A stretch of 63,773 nt of DNA, filler included, from Sphacelaria rigidula (lineage: Eukaryota), in NCBI GenBank assembly GCA_964200075.2. It is 7 parts of 7 records of this genome, joined end to end, with 100 filler letters (N's around TTAATTAATTAA, not from the genome) between each part and the next. Parts side by side here need not be neighbours in the genome. Positions count along the whole stretch, not along the records: positions 54,751 to 63,773 come from CAXNAA020009485.1; 6 more parts are not named here. The stretch is one strand, 5' to 3'. Made by a program: the position numbers and the translations under genes. The notes under the pieces are model-generated. The model was not told where the DNA came from and did no database searches. It saw nothing but the letters and a program-made list of their open reading frames with translations. Shown one piece after another: positions 62,227-63,773 of the stretch. Every line of letters begins with the position of its first letter. Position 1 is the first letter of the stretch.

Positions 62227-63773
62227 AAAAGATTCGCAGTATTTTGATGGACTGGTGAGGCACCCATGGAGCGGTTCAACCCGTGGCTGTCTCTGGAAGT
62301 GGCGATACCAGTAAGTGAAGCAACACATTGGAGGTCGGTATCCATATGCAAGGTGATCGGTACGCTCCACGCCGAACAATGCAAGCAGGATGTCCCTCAC
62401 CCTACATGAGAATCGCCGAGTACATCACGGCGCTTCGAGCTTAGCGATTGGCCATTGCGAGCCTGGCCCGGCGAAAACCCAGCGTGCTCCGTCCCGGCTC
62501 TGTAGGGATGCGAGGTCAACGTCAAAATGACTACGGCACGCAAGGTCATTACACCCCCCCCTCCCCCCCCCCCTCCAGGCTGGTTCACGGTGATCACCCG
62601 AAATTGTGTCATCGGCAAATGCCTTGCGCAATACACACCCAATAGTCGCATATTTGGTATCATACTGACCGCACTGAGAAGATGAGGGTGACAGCCGGAT
62701 TTTTGTCTAAGGCCGTAGCGGTGGCGCTATTGACGAAAATGTGTCTGAGCCAATCAGCGTCTTTCAAACTGTTCCGAGATCTGAATTACGAATACCAAGC
62801 CCAATTTTCACTCAATCTCTACATGCTTCAAATCGTAGTAACCGTCATCGACGCGGGAATCTAATGAGAAAATCATATCCTTAAAACGGTTACTACGGGG
62901 GTCGAATTATACCCGAAACCGAGATGTTTCAGTGATGTCGGGCGTTGGCGTCGTCTAATTTTCACTAGTGATACGCACGAGAGACTCAGGGAGCCTCGTG
63001 ACGGTGTCCCCTATATCTGTTGTAGAAGAGCTCAGATCGCCCTCAAATTCGGCAGTTCCGTAAGCATTGATGCTCAAAATGGAAAAATTGTATTCTTGAC
63101 AATATATCATGTTTTCTCCGTTCTCTACTGGCTTCTGGGTGTCCCAGCATGAAGACCCCCGGAAGGCGGAAGAGAATGCCCTAATAAATAAGTGATGCGT
63201 CCCGGAAGAGTCTAAGGAACACATGTACAAAGTTTGGTGGAGAAACTCGAAAACCTCATACAGTTATTCTTGCCTTTACGTCAAATTCACCCCAAAATAC
63301 GTTTCCATACTAAAACCAAGTAGTTAGGAGTTGCACGTTTCAAGCGCACGTCCTCCACAAACGCGCAAACTTTCACGCTGTCAATAGGATCCTGGAGTTA
63401 GATCCTAAAACTCCGCATAAACATGCCATGTATCATTACGCAACTTTCTGTGGACGATGTTTTTTGAGTTTTTCACCGTTTTTCGGGGGTTCGACGGGAT
63501 CGAAGTCAGTTTTCGAAGTAGTCTCCATTCTGGGACCCCAGAAAAATGACACTACAACATTTTTTTTCCTTTTCTCGCGAACTATCTGCCTCCGCATAAC
63601 CCAAGGATGGGCTCCACAAATTTTCGTCGCAAAACTCGATCAACTGATGCTTGAATTTCCATGTTCACGTCAAAGACGGCCCAAAAACGCCGTTTTGGTA
63701 CTAAAATCAAGTAGCTTGCGGTTTCACCGCGGTACGGCAAACTTCATCGCACGAAAGCCAAAAACTTCATACG

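Overview
Eukaryotic, intron-rich and repeat-rich DNA, most consistent with a brown alga or related stramenopile. This is inferred from multi-kb GT-AG introns, GC-rich exons and the transposon content; it is not proven. The window is not one locus. It is seven ~9.02-kb contigs (1-9026, 9127-18152, 18253-27277, 27378-36402, 36503-45527, 45628-54650, 54751-63773) joined by artificial 100-bp N44-TTAATTAATTAA-N44 linkers, so no synteny can be inferred across linkers. Recognisable gene fragments: the first exon of SDHAF3/ACN9; an EH-domain exon; a 5-exon partial ankyrin-repeat/SAM/TKL-kinase gene head-to-head with a METTL21-like methyltransferase first exon; a possible signal-peptide JmjC (FIH-like) first exon; an unknown 2+ exon gene; and the 4-exon 3' end of a gene with a histone-H1-like Ala/Lys/Pro tail. 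Mobile DNA: a decayed, internally deleted Ty3/gypsy element interrupted by a decayed Ty1/copia element; a tRNA-headed, (CA)n-tailed SINE family; hAT-type, Stowaway-like and Tourist-like MITEs; and a foldback palindrome array. I found no CRISPR array, rRNA, bona fide tRNA gene or prokaryotic/viral operon, and no compelling new multi-gene system. The best leads are the SINE family, the palindrome array, a possible Pack-hAT element at a gene start, the ANK-SAM-kinase architecture and the H1-tail protein.
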